The notes under the pieces were generated by a model. That model was not told where the DNA came from. It saw only the letters and a program-made list of their open reading frames with translations, and searched no databases. DNA of 63,492 nt, the filler included, from Polymyxa betae A26-41 (lineage: Eukaryota > Protista > Endomyxa: Phytomyxea), in assembly GCA_003693705.1 (NCBI GenBank). It is 7 parts of 7 records of this genome, joined end to end, with 100 filler letters (N's around TTAATTAATTAA, not from the genome) between each part and the next. Parts side by side here need not be neighbours in the genome. Positions count along the whole stretch, not along the records: positions 1 to 15,325 come from RBZT01000981.1; positions 15,426 to 25,331 come from RBZT01000848.1; positions 25,432 to 42,434 come from RBZT01000145.1; 4 more parts are not named here. One strand, written 5' to 3'. Of the stretch, positions 12,810-25,470 are shown in pieces (positions within the stretch are counted from its first letter, which is position 1; each line of letters begins with the position of its first letter). The position numbers and the translations under genes are program-made.

Positions 12810-15183
12810 TTAAGAATCCCAAGCAAATGGTACTTTAGCTCGTAATAAATGTGTATGTGACCCGAAAGCTCCAGCACACCATTCATTACGCTGAACCCAA
12901 CAGTCTATATCATGAATCAGATCAAAGCCAGCATACATTTTATGAAAAATACTTGTAGTCGGGGCCACGATCGCTGCTCCGACCCAGCTTAATTCAGCAA
13001 CGTCAAGCTCTTTTGGATTTTGAATCGCCTCAATTCTGTCTGTATCGCTTAAATACATTGAAACTGTATCAATAAGCCTGAACACATTTCGCATCAAATG
13101 CAAGATTTCACTGGAAAGCTATTCACAACCTATCCTCAAATTCATCAACAAATCCCTTGGTCTTGGCAGGGCCTCCGACTAGTAAAATTTGGGATAATAA
13201 TATTCGACGTAATTCCATATCAGGAATAGCACCAACACTTGCAGCAACCATATTATGTAAGGACATCGGAAAGACATCAACATTAATTTCATCTCCTCTT
13301 TCTCCGTCAATATCCATTTCTGCTACCACGTTTAATTGAAATTAGAAAGTCTGCAATTAACAACCATTATCCTGAATGGGATGCAGGTCTCGATCATCAA
13401 CCTCCATTGTTCCTGGTTCAGTAACAGGCATGGAAGATTCGTCTAATCCAGTCTACAAACATTATTAAGCAGTTGTTTAACACAATAACGGCTGAAGTAT
13501 GGACCAACAACAAAAACTGGAAGACAGAAAGACTAACAGAAAGATCGACCTTTTTGGCTAAATCTTTGGCCCGACCAGAAACTGAAGGCGCCGATTCCAT
13601 GAAACTTTTGTTTAAATAATCAAACGGACGGAGATCACGTTCAATAAAATAGAGCTGATTTTGAAAATCACAATAGGCATCTGGACCAAGAAGTCCTGGC
13701 TGAAACATGCAAAGAGGAGCCAGATATCGTGCTTGAGTGATGTTTAATCGATATCGAGTAACAATTCCAGCTCTCGAATCTGTTGTGCAAAATTCGTGAG
13801 CTTGGTTCAATTCCACATCTTCAACTGTGCTTGGTGCAAAAGAGCACGCACGAATCTTTAACGATTCTAGAATAGAACCATCCTAAACACAAAGTTTTAG
13901 AACCAAGCATATACTCGATAAAGTAGGACAGTCGATAGATTCAGCAATTCAATAATTTCGATGGCTGAATTTACTGACAAACGAATGTGTAAAATCTCTG
14001 ACCTGCAAAGTACTGATCTTTAAAGGATATGGGAAATAATGTTCAAAATCGAATCCCTCGATAGTTCCAGAACATGCATTCAAGAGATAAAGAAATAAAT
14101 CTGTAACACTCTGTCCGCCATATCTTGCCATATAAGAGGATTCAGGAATAACAATTCCTTCTCTAACACAGCATACATGTGTCTTATGTTTGCCAATATC
14201 AACAACACAGCATGTAGATAGACCTGCTCCTAAACAAGCCAATACTGATTCCCGATGGACAAATACAGCTCCAATGCCAATCTGCATGAAATGTTTCGTC
14301 ATTAAATTTAACGAAGTACCAATCTACCTTATTGAATAGAAGATCGTGTAAATCGACAGTTTCGCGAGGATTCATCATGTCAGAAATAGCTAATGATATG
14401 GAATACTGCTGAATTTGACGCCGATCAATGCCAAGCTCTAATTGGTTCCAAATTAGCCTTAGCACAATCGATACACCAATAAATCCAATATCAAAAGTGA
14501 ATTGTAAAGCAGAAAGTAAAAGGTCATTTACCAGAGAATATGATATAATCAATAATATCATAGAGAACATCAATAGATGAATGTATAGAATGTCCAGAAT
14601 CTGATGATAACCGTCCTCTTGATATTGGATATCTTAATATATATGGAGCATCAGCAGGTAAGTGGAGTGCTCTATCACCAATAACTAGAAATTATTCAGT
14701 AAGTCACAAATGTTTGACAGTATTCAATCAATACTTTTTTTAGGAGAACCACTAATATCAGTAAAGTTAAATCGATATTTTTCTTCTTGGGATGGCTCCA
14801 AAATCTTCTTGCAGTTGGACTCGTTATATACTGGATCGATGGCCGTATTGAAGAAGTTATTGGCAACAGCTGATCTCAAAGCTTGATACTACAATACGAT
14901 TAGTATATGATGTAAGATAGTAACAGTTAAAGACTTTAGCACGATATTTCTTTTTAAACGACATCTGGGCTTCTTTGACTTCATGCTGACGTCGTTGCAA
15001 AATAGTTGCCTGCTCTTGCTGCGACAAGCGCTGAGATGAAGGTTGTGATATGTGGCGGAATGCTCTATAAGCTACGACATTACGAATAGCTTTAGGCCTA
15101 TGATCCTTAGCTAATCCATATCTGAATAGATGAGATCCAGGCTGTAATACTATAACATGATCAAGATCATATAATTCCGACAT
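12810..15183 (-). CDS. ARP8: Actin-related protein 8 (INO80 complex), multi-exon
   Basis: IVLQPGSHLFRYG N-terminus, ESVLACLGAGLSTCCVVDIG..KTHVCCVREG, ILLVGG, C-terminal WVGAAI...LRAKVPFAW. Confidence 0.85.
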
Positions 15184-15211
15184 CACCAATCTCAATCTGA
15201 TCTAATAATCT

Positions 15212-15325
15212 CTGTAACATTACATACATGATCTGAGCGCAGCCCATCATACCCTCTATCACCTCTCAGTAACATTACATCATATGATCTGATCGCAGCC
15301 CACCATCATACCCTCTATCACCTCT
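15212..15325. repeat. About 56-bp direct tandem duplication upstream of ARP8
   Basis: gtaacattacat..atgatctga.cgcagccca..atcataccctctatcacctct occurs twice, at the contig end. Confidence 0.85.
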
Positions 15326-15425
15326 NNNNNNNNNNNNNNNNNNNNNNNNNNNNNNNNNNNNNNNNNNNNTTAATTAATTAANNNNNNNNNNNNNNNNNNN
15401 NNNNNNNNNNNNNNNNNNNNNNNNN
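15326..15425. other. Artificial contig spacer (also 25332-25431, 42435-42534, 50452-50551, 55175-55274, 59570-59669)
   Basis: Identical N44-TTAATTAATTAA-N44 linker giving stops in all six frames. Confidence 0.98.
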
Positions 15426-15802
15426 AATATAATATTTAAGGTTATAAGGTCTTTTAATGTGTGGAAGGGTGGAACCGGTGGAAGGTAAATATTGGCAAAA
15501 AACCTTTTCTCCTTTTTCTGAAAAAAAATATTTTTTATTTTTTCTTGGATAATGAAAACTGAAATAACAAGAGAATTTGCCTCCACATCGTCCATTTGCC
15601 TCCACACCTCCACCGATTAATTTTTTTTTTTCAGAAAACAAAAACTGAAAAAAACAGGGGGGATTGCCTCCATTTGTTCCACACATCCACCGCAGATTTA
15701 GTTGCGCGCAGTTATATGAGTAAATTGCGAATTTGATTACGGATTAATGTGCGTGATTGACCTGGATTAATACGTAATCATATTGAGGATTAATCGCCCC
15801 TG

Positions 15803-15956
15803 ACTTGAAGACCACCCATCCCACCAGTGATATTATTGAAAAAATTTCCAAAAATATCACGTTATAAGCAAAAATATCACGTTATAAGACCCTATAACGT
15901 GATATTATTGATTTTTTTTTCAATAATATCACTGGTGGGATGGGTGGTCTTCAAGT
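15803..15956. mobile_element. MITE-like foldback element with about 42-bp terminal inverted repeats
   Basis: acttgaagaccacccatcccaccagtgatattattgaaaaaa and its exact reverse complement, with internal aatatcacgttata repeats. Confidence 0.8.
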
Positions 15957-18774
15957 ACGGATATTCCCATGTTATATCGCCACTCACGCGGCTTTTGCGG
16001 AAGAACGTCAGATTCGTTTGGGGATCAACGGAACAGTCTGCATTCGAAACTCTGAAGTCCTGTTTCACTTCGGCCCCTGTTCTTGCTCTTCCAGATAGCA
16101 GTAAGCAGTATATCATGGAGACCGATGCCTCTGATTTCGCAATCGGGGCGATTCTGTCTCTGAAAGATTCAGATGGGCGAATTCGTCCAGTTGCTTATTA
16201 TTCCAGATCTCTGCTGCCCGCTGAAAGGAACTATGATACACGGGAAAAGGAACTGTTAGCGATTAAATCGGCTTTTGAAACGTGGCGTTACTACGTGGAA
16301 GGCTCGGCATTTCCCGTTGAGGTTCTTACTGATCACCAGTCCCTCAAAATGTTTCAGTCCATGAAATCGCTTTCAGAACGCCAAGCTAGATGGTCGCAGT
16401 TCCTGAGTCGGTTCAATTTTATCATCAAGTATCATTCTGGTGCTAAGAATTCCAAAGCCGACGCCCTTTCTCGAAGAGATGATTACCTTACCAGCGACCG
16501 GATTCCGCAACTAATGTTTTCTCCGACAAACTTCTCCGTTTCGGGATTGTACGTTACCCATTCCTCATCGCTGCTCTCTCGGATCCGGACCGCGTACAAA
16601 AGTGATTCGCTTGCCCAGAAAGTAATGTCCGAGCTTGCGACCAAACTTCTTCCAAATTATAGGCTTTCTAACGGGACCATTTTGCATGATGACAGAATCT
16701 ACGTTCCAAAATCGATCTACAAACGGAAGTTTTAGCAATGCACCATGATTCGTTAGTTTCCGGGCATTTCGGGCGCATTAAAACGTTGGAACTCCTCAAA
16801 CGAAACTATTGGTGGCCTTCCGTACGTAAAGATGTTTTCGCTTACGTCGACTCCTGTGAAGTCTGTGCCCGTTCAAAGCGACCTCGACACCTTCCTTCTG
16901 GCAATCTCATTCCGCTTTCCACACCATCGCGGCCTTGGAGTCATATCTCCGTCGATTTTATCACGGATCTTCCTCGTTCGGACGGTATGACCTGCATTAT
17001 GGTCGTCGTTTGTAGATTGACAAAAATGGCTCATTTTTGCGCCTTTCCTTCAATACCGGATTCAGAATCGACGTCATTTTCCGTTTGCATGGTATTCCCG
17101 ACGATATCGTTTCAGACAGAGGATCTCAGTTCGTTGCTAAGTTTTGGAGAAGATTCTGTCAAATTCTGAAAATCCATCTCTCGCATTCATCGGCGTACCA
17201 TCCTCAATCTGATGGCCAAACGGAAAGAGTGAACCAAACCTTAGAGCAATATCTCCGTTGTTTTGTCAATCATCGGCAAAATAATTGGTCTTCCTTGCTT
17301 CCGTTGGCGGAGTTTTCATATAATAACGCCTGGCATTCTTCTATTGCGACATGTCCGTTCTGGGCAAATTATGGATTCCATCCACGATTCGATATTGAAT
17401 CTCCTTCAGCAGCTGTTCCAAAAGCGGAGTCTTTAGCTAAGGACCTACAATCAATGCACAAATGGCTCCAGGATCAGGTTAACCGTGCAAAACAACAGTA
17501 CAAATTTCATGCCCACCAACGTCGCAGTCCTTCTCAGTTTCATGTCGGTCAGAAAGTGTGGCTGTCTACATCAAATATCAAAACTTCCAGGCGTTGTAAG
17601 AAGTTGGACTACACAAAAATCGGCCCCTTCGTTATTAAGCGACAAATCAACGATGTGGCGTTTGAGCTTGAGTTACCAGCTCATCTCAAGATTCATCCCG
17701 TTTGTCACAGCTCACTTTTATCGCCGTTTATTGAGAACACGTTCCCCGATCGACGCCAGATCCCTCCTCCCCCTTTGTTCTTGGACGACTCAGGAGAGCC
17801 ATTCTTCACCGTTTCAAGAATCCTAGATTCTCGCACCCACCGGTCAAAACTACAGTATCTCGTGGAATGGGAAGGATACGGTCCAGCTGAAAACTCATGG
17901 GAACCATCAACCGCACTTCTTTCCGATAAGTTGGTACGAGAATTGATCGAAGACTTCCATAGATCGAATCCGGACCGCCCTGGACCGATTTTAAACAAGC
18001 GTTACCGGCGGGAAGATGTCAGAGACATGTGGGCGCAGCCCATTGGCGCAGCCTCGGCAGAAGGTCATGCCCCTGAATAAGTGCATGAGTGCGTCAAATC
18101 CTTCTTGGCATTACCGGTTTGGTTGACTTCCGTGGCCTGGTTCTGATCTGAGTTCATACTTGTAATTGCCTTATAAACGTTGTTTCAGCATCTTTCACCT
18201 CCTACCTTCTAGTGTTTCCGTTCCGTCTCAGTCTAGCTTGTCTCTATTCCTTGTCCTAACGGCGCCGCCTTCCTCACTCACCTTTGTTCCTGATATCTAC
18301 GCGCGGTTTGGGAACCAACTAAGCAATCTAAGCGCTTAGATTGCTTAGTTGATTCCCAAACCGATACACCAGAAGGTCGACAAGCCGATGGTCCGTGCAG
18401 CAGGTCTGTGCACTGATAAGGACCCTGCTCTGTATGCGATTTGTCGGCCTAATACCCGCTGTCGCCCTCACGACACAATTACGTTACCACTTCTGCAGGC
18501 GCCAACTCGAACGTCAGGATACCGCCAAGGCCCCTCTCTCGCTAGCGCTGCCAACCAAGCTGTTCCAGGCTCTGGTCACACAGTTCGGGTCGCGCGCAGC
18601 CGCTCTGTACAAGCCGAATCCAATTATCCGCCTGTTTGATTCGACCCTGGCCGATCTTCGGTCTGCCGCAGCCCCTCTGAGTAATGATCTGGGAGTACTA
18701 CCCAATTCCGCAGACTGGCGACTTCGGCGCGTCGCCCTCGACTCCGGATAATCAACGTTGTTGTTTCCTTGACA
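15957..18774 (+). mobile_element. Chromovirus (Tf2-like Ty3/Gypsy) 3' half: RT end, RNase H, integrase, chromodomain, 3' LTR
   Basis: METDASDFAIGA, EKELLAI, HHDS..GHFG..CEVC, SVDFITDLP, SDRGSQF, GQTERVNQ, IGPF, chromodomain QYLVEWEGYGPAENSWEP. Purine tract then candidate LTR TGTCA(18017)...TGACA(18774). Confidence 0.93.
18304..18363. repeat. 60-bp near-perfect palindrome (one mismatch) inside the LTR
   Basis: cggtttgggaaccaactaagcaatctaagc|gcttagattgcttagttgattcccaaaccg. Confidence 0.9.
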
Positions 18775-20242
18775 TCCTCATTACGAACATTATGAATCAA
18801 TCTAATATTATATACTAAAAGTTTATACTAAGAACCGTTTCCGTGATCTCCGATTGCAAATTCCAAAGTGCAATCAAGTAGCAGACATTTGTCTTCGTGA
18901 AAAAGAATAAGGCCCTGGCGAAGATTCGCAAGAAAATTGAAGAGCTTTCAGATTCGAGTCACGACGTTTGTTCAGAATCCAGTTCATTTATAATACAGTA
19001 CAAATAAGATTTATCTAGGTCAATACTGATTACTGAAATTTCAGTTAGACTGTGAAGACTCGAATCCGCTTCCATAAATCGCCTTCAGATTCTTGAGCAC
19101 AAGAATTGATCTGACAACTACCAGCAAGCCTCATGCGTATCTGCCATACAGCTTAAATGCTTATTCTATATATGCTTCTCAATGATAGCTTTCGTCCATA
19201 CTGTCAAAACGACAAACTTACCAAAGCAGTTTCGAGAAAACAATCATCTATCTACTCCATATTCAATCCGCCTTGAAGCGTGTGCCGCTTCATATTGTGT
19301 TTGCGGTATCGCAAGCCGTGTTCGATGGTCTCAGACGGCTGTATTCATCGAGGCTGTTCATAGAGGTGACGATGATGACGTCGTCGGTGATGACTGCGGC
19401 CCTATTGCCCCTTGGGGCTGGCAGGACTCGGGCGGTAATGTCCATTGATAAACATTGCTTGATGTTTGTTTGCCTTTGAACTTCTCATCAAGGTTGCAAC
19501 ATATCTGAATTTTTTTTGTGTAAAAGCTTGAATTTCATCAATAAAATTGATCTTCCAGCTTTCTATCAAAGTGACAAGAGCCTACTCAGGTAACATCACA
19601 CATCTCTGTCGTTGTGTCAATTCAAATCCATGAAGCATTCATTGCTCGACACATTTCTGCTTGGAAATGGCGCCGCCTGTTTTGACATAGATCAGCGAAT
19701 TAGTCGAATCTAATCCAATCCATTTCTGCTATTTGATTTTCTCTCATAACACGTTTACACAGGTTTAGATTTCGCTAGCAGTCTTTGATCTCGAATTCTG
19801 CATCAATTTGTCTTCTCTTGCCGCTTCATAATGCGTTAGGCCTTAATCTGTAAAATTACACAATTTCCTGCAAAATGTTTAATGGCAACCATTACATGCA
19901 GCTTTTCATCTTGTCGAGTTTATCATCAATATGTTTCCTGCAATAACTGTACATTGTTGTGTATTGTCTTGTTTAAATTTGAGTTCAGCATTAGAATATC
20001 TCATCTTTCCGCTTGGGAATGTATTTAGAAAGGGCAGAGCATTCTCATTGAAAGTAAACACTCTGAAATAATACACAAATCTCTCTTGTCTTTGGCATCT
20101 TAAATTTGACTGAGTAATGGCTTGCATTGCTGTGTTGCTTATTTCAATGACAATCAATTCTTAGATGTCTCTGCAAGCTTTGATATTTCCCCATCAAAAG
20201 CTCTTTCTGCACACTTGTTAAACAAACCATAATTCGTTATAA

Positions 20243-21619
20243 TTACTTCTTTAATTTCGAATTCAGCATTAACACAATCTTCTCTTTCCGCTTCCTATAG
20301 AATTGTTCCAAGGCTAGCTGCTCGCGCTGATGGGCTTTCTCCAGCGCGTCCAGAGCCGTTCGAAGCTCCTCAACCGAAGCATTATCCTTCGGCATCTCGA
20401 TCTCATCTTCAGTGAAGTCCAAGACGTCCATCATGGGGGTCTTCTCTTTTGTCACGATCATCGTCGAATCGCCATCGAAATCGTTGCCCAGCTTGATCGT
20501 GCCCTGCTGAAACTGCCGCATATACGCCGGCAGGTCGTCATGTGTCGCGTGATTGCTGATCACGGTAGTCCCATCCGAAAACAGCGCCGTCCCGATCGCA
20601 TCGTGCTGAATCAGGGTCCCGGTGGCGCGCGCTACAACCGTCGACGAATCATAGAACGACGACGTCGAGACCAGCGACGCCGCCGGCGGCTCCTGATTGC
20701 GCATGTTCGCCTCGCGATACTCGTCGATCGTGTGCTGCTGTTCGAGAACCAGCTCCTGGAGGGCAGTACGACCAGCAGCGACGCCCGCTTGCCGCAGGAA
20801 CGGATGCAGGGCGAGCTGCTCGGCTGTCGGGCGCCGATCCGGGTCTTTGACGAGACAGGCGGCGAGGAAATCGTTGAACTCGTTCGACCAATGATCGGGG
20901 TGGGGCAGGGTCGGCGGCGGCTTCCCCGGGATGATGAAGATCACGCGCATCGGATGCACGCTGCTATGGGGCGGTACGCCCACGGCCATCTCGTACGCGG
21001 TGATACCCAGCGACCAGATGTCGGCCTTGGCGTCGTACTGCGTCTCCTTGAGGACTTCGGGCGCCATCCAATAGGGCGTTCCGATGACGGTTTTCCGCTT
21101 GGCGATGGTGTTGGTGAGCTGGACGGAGACGCCGAAATCGGCGAGCTTGGCGTTGCCGTCGGCGTCCAGGAGAATGTTGCCGCATTTGATGTCGCGATGG
21201 ATATGGCGCTGGGCGTGCAGGTATTGGAGCCCGTTCAGGACCTGCTTGCAGACCGAGGCGATCTGAGCTTCGTCGAGGGTAACCTTACAGATATGCATGA
21301 GGTCGGCAAGGCTGCCGGCACAGCAGAACTCCATCACGATCCAGATTTCATGCTCTCGGCGAAAGCTGCCTCGATATTGGACAATGAACGGGTTCTTGCA
21401 CTTTTCCAAGATTCGAATCTCCTTCATCAGCTCGGAGATATCGTTATCGACCGGGATCACTTTCACCGCCACCGTCTTGCCATCGCGCTTGTCGCGAGCC
21501 TTGTAGACGGCGCCGTAGCTGCCTTCGCCGAGCCGCTCCAGCAGCTCGAAGAGCGCGACAGGGTCGTCCGACGCCTCGGCGGCCGGAGCCGAATACGCCC
21601 CCGCCGGCGCCGACGACAT
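20243..21619 (-). CDS. STK3: STE20-family Hippo/MST1/2-like kinase with C-terminal SARAH domain, intronless
   Basis: GEGSYG, AVK, HRDIKCGNIL, DFG, GTPYWMAPEV, HPMRVIFIIP..PPPTL; SARAH-like helix SVEELRTALDALEKAHQREQLALEQFYRKRKEKI. Confidence 0.9.
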   Translation of the reverse strand: MSSAPAGAYSAPAAEASDDPVALFELLERLGEGSYGAVYKARDKRDGKTVAVKVIPVDNDISELMKEIRILEKCKNPFIVQYRGSFRREHEIWIVMEFCCAGSLADLMHICKVTLDEAQIASVCKQVLNGLQYLHAQRHIHRDIKCGNILLDADGNAKLADFGVSVQLTNTIAKRKTVIGTPYWMAPEVLKETQYDAKADIWSLGITAYEMAVGVPPHSSVHPMRVIFIIPGKPPPTLPHPDHWSNEFNDFLAACLVKDPDRRPTAEQLALHPFLRQAGVAAGRTALQELVLEQQHTIDEYREANMRNQEPPAASLVSTSSFYDSSTVVARATGTLIQHDAIGTALFSDGTTVISNHATHDDLPAYMRQFQQGTIKLGNDFDGDSTMIVTKEKTPMMDVLDFTEDEIEMPKDNASVEELRTALDALEKAHQREQLALEQFYRKRKEKIVLMLNSKLKK

Positions 21620-22401
21620 CACTCTGTATCCAATAACGAGATCTTCATTGAGAGCAGAAGACGACCCTGTGACGGGCTGCTCTCAATGCGCTATGAAGAC
21701 CTCTATTGGTCACTTAAAGGGTTTTTAATAGATGAAGTTGATATGAAGGAGAGGTAGAGTAGAGATTCTATGAGCAGAGACAACGGGGAGATTTTCGATG
21801 AAGCGAGAGAGAGTTCAGAAAAGCAGTCATCGATTCCGACTGGAAAACCGACAGTTCCCCTGATATGGAGCTTTCTAATTAGGAGCTGGGATTGGCTTGT
21901 ATGTGCAGAGTTACAAATCAGGCCTTCCATGAAGCTGGACAAGTTTCAAACAATCGCTTTTTGAATGAGAATCGCAAGTTGCATTTCTCAGGTCTTTCGG
22001 AACTCTTCTGAGCACAGATAATTTTAAAAGATCGAGAATTGATACTTGACATGGTACCAGAGTACAGAATGACGAATTTTGAATGAAGAGGTCTTTCAGA
22101 AAGCCAGAAGAGTTTGAACAGAAAACCAAACTGAATCAGAGACAATAGAGAAGACAAATATTATAAGTAGGCTTCATTTCGCACTGAGAGACCGAAATTG
22201 CCATGAAAGCTCCTCTTGTTTTAAGATATAAAGTAAAAGAAACCAATTTGTTCAAGAATAGGAGCAAATTGGAATAGAAAAGTCAATAAGCAAGAGATGT
22301 CCATCTGGTATTATAATGAAAGTGAAGATGTTGTGTCAACCAGCATCAAATTGACACGATATCCGTTATAACCTTGTTAAATAGGGATTTCAATCATGAA
22401 T

Positions 22402-23782
22402 TTAAAAATGAGCTCGTCGTCGGGTTTGTACTCGATCCTGCATTAGACGCGAATGGCGACAGAAGCTTTCCAGCAGGCGGCGATGACGAAACGAGACGCT
22501 TCGCATCTCACGAAGCGCGAGCAGCTCGAGCTCGAGTTCGAACACGTGGTCGTAGAGCGGCTCCATGGCCCGATGCCAAGACCACCGCTGCAATCTATCG
22601 AACATATCGCCGGGGGTGTCGTCGAAGGCGGACGCCATCGACACTCTTTGGCTTCTTGGAGCGTTAAATCTAGATCGGTGTGTCAGAATCAAAGGAAAGT
22701 GATGGATAGTTCGCATACCGAGCTATTGGACTCCATACAGATGAAGGTTTCAATTGTCGAACTCGGAATTCGTAATCACAATCTGGAGATGCACTATGGC
22801 AGAACATCAATCAATGCGATTATGCAGAGCGATTAAAACTTGAAGTTTGCAAATTGGAAAGTTTTCCGGGAACATTTTAACGGAAGCACCCAAAACCTTT
22901 AAAATCGAGAATAACCTTTAAATAGGATTCGCTTTAAAATAAGGTTCAAAGCATAAGCATATTGAAAGAGCACTTTTTCAAATTCAAAACTGCATTGAAT
23001 TCAGGAAGAAATTCAAAAACGTAAAACCGCCAAATGATTATTCAAAAGCGAAAAAGAAATCGAAAATCACATCGTCCTACTCTGTTGCAGTAAACTGCAA
23101 ATTAGGTCCTTCATAGAGCATTGTCCATGGACCCAATCTAGGCCTGGCTATGCGCACCTCCAACCTGTAAAAGACGCCCACCAGATGATTGGGGGTCGCC
23201 CCAACGCCCCAGTTCACCTGCAGCGACGTCGAGTCGTACACCGAGCGATAGACGCGCAGCAGCGGGGCCGGTACGGCCAGGAAGTCAGCGTCGGGCTCGG
23301 CGGCCGCACATAACGCTTGATAGGCGTTGTTGATCGCCTGAAATCTCTTTGTCGCTTCTGGATCGTCGTTTTTGTCTATCAGCAATTGTTAATGAGACAT
23401 TTCATTGAAATGAAAGAGAGTTTAAAGAACTTTTTTACAGATTTGACAAAACATAGAAAAAAATGCGCATGTTCCAGCAACAATGCTGACACAGCGAACA
23501 AAAGGAATTGCCGTTTCTTTCTAGTTACAATGAAATTTGAACAAAGTTTTGAAAAAAAGCGGTAAACAATAAAGCAAATCGATATCAAGCAAACGTGTTC
23601 TGCTTTTCGAAAAACATGAAAGCAGAAGAAAGGGATGAAGGGATATCACGGCATGAGGGAAAAACAGCACCTGGATGCCAGATTCTGGACAGTCGACGAT
23701 AGGCGCATTTAACATCATCGGGTTGAGCGCCCAACGGCAGCTCCAATGTTCGATAATGGTCGGACGATGACGATAGCGACAT
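22402..23782 (-). CDS. DnaJ (J-domain) plus fibronectin type III protein, four exons
   Basis: HYRTLEL...AYRRLSRIWHP|DKN...FQAINNAY, with HPD split by intron 23376-23670. FN3 YRLE...LYEGPNLQFTATDASPDCDYEFRVRQ..WS spans exons 2-3. Confidence 0.85.
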
Positions 23783-25470
23783 GGCTTGTTCACCCCGTTC
23801 CTCGATCTAGACGTTCGGCGAGCTCGAACAGTCAGGTTCCATCAACCCGTCTGGGCTGCGCCCCCGACCCGGGCCAGCATGACTGGTGAACCCGGCTGCC
23901 AGCCACACGATTGGGCTGCGTCCCGCCTATTCGGTGAACATTCGCCTCTTCACCAGTTGGTGCGGCCCCGCTGTGTAACGTTTCGGCAGTCGTGGGCTGG
24001 TAGCCGATACGAGAGGAACCTGCGATTGCCGTACGGCATCTATCATTGTCGTCATGGAAAGTCAGTAGATTTGAGGGTCTTTTCGCGAAGGATGAAGACT
24101 GTGAATTCTCTCTCATCTTTATCTCTTGCTCTGTTATGTTCCCAGCCATACTCTCACTAAGTACTGTCTTGGTCAATGTTTGGCGTGTTGCTGCTGCTTC
24201 CAGCTTTATCATCGCTGCTCTCTTATCACTTCTGTTTGCTTTATTTTGCGATCAGAGTGCTGTCTGCTGTCACCTTTGAACTCTTCGCTATTTCCGACTT
24301 ATTCTTTGTGTCGGATTCTGTCCTTATACAAGACCCTTTTCAACTCAGGAATTTTTTCGTGCTGTTTTAATTTCAAGAATCCATGTATCTACCAATGAAA
24401 ATGTTGATTACGAAACCGACTTCATCAAGCACAACAGGTCTCAAATGTTGTGGAATTGCTTGCAAAGTGAAGCTTCCTCCGACTGTTGGCATATTCCTTA
24501 TTATCAGTATAGGCCAATCCCTCGTTGAAAAGAACGTTAACCAGGTCGCCCGGAAATATTGCAGACAATGACAGCAATCTTTCGCGGTCTTGAAGTGGCT
24601 GTAATCTGTGGCCTATCAATCCGACACATGCTGATCTCGTCATGAGGTATCACGATCAAAACATGCAGCATTGCTGGCTTCGTTATCTGGCCGACAACAT
24701 TAGCGGAATCCTGCAGGTTGATGTCCTCTTCAGAAGGCATTCAAACGCACACGAGCCCATGTCAGCATCAATGCTTCAGTAAACAACTAATTCAGGCCAT
24801 CGATACGATATGAGTCAGAATGAGCGTCATTTGCCTGAGCTTCAGAACACCCAAGAACAAGAAACAGGCGGAAATGTGCTCATCTATTCAAAGCTTTTAA
24901 TAGAATTCCTATCGTGAATTAACTTGTCGGACAACGAAGGATTGGAGTGACAGAGAATGCTCTCTGTTAGGGTTAGGGTTTAGGGATGGAGATCGATCAT
25001 GGGACACATTGGAGTGAATCGCTGTGTAACTAGACCCATAGAAAGGAAAGTCAATGAAATACAGATGCTTCACAGCAACTTTACCCAAACGTCTTTCATA
25101 AGGAAAAAATTCACGATTTGATATGCAGCATAAACAGATTGAAACAAGATCGATTGGAACCATCACCATTAACAAGTTCTTTAGGCTCAGATATTTGAAA
25201 TTAAAGTCGGGCTGACATTTCCTTTCAAGCAGGACTGATACAAGCTAATGTCGAGTAAGAGCAACGATTTGAAAGATATGACAATAGAATACAGAAGAGA
25301 TCAAAAATCAGATTAAGAAAGAAACGAAATCNNNNNNNNNNNNNNNNNNNNNNNNNNNNNNNNNNNNNNNNNNNNTTAATTAATTAANNNNNNNNNNNNN
25401 NNNNNNNNNNNNNNNNNNNNNNNNNNNNNNNAGAAAAGTCGCTTGGTCTCAGCAGAATGCTCGAAAGCAG

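Noticed and set aside
15326-15425. TTAATTAATTAA as a biological motif
   Set aside because: Identical in six N-padded 100-bp blocks, so it is an assembly linker; no linkage was inferred across it.
20330-21757. 475-aa plus-strand ORF
   Set aside because: Antisense shadow of the GC3-rich kinase; no recognisable motifs.
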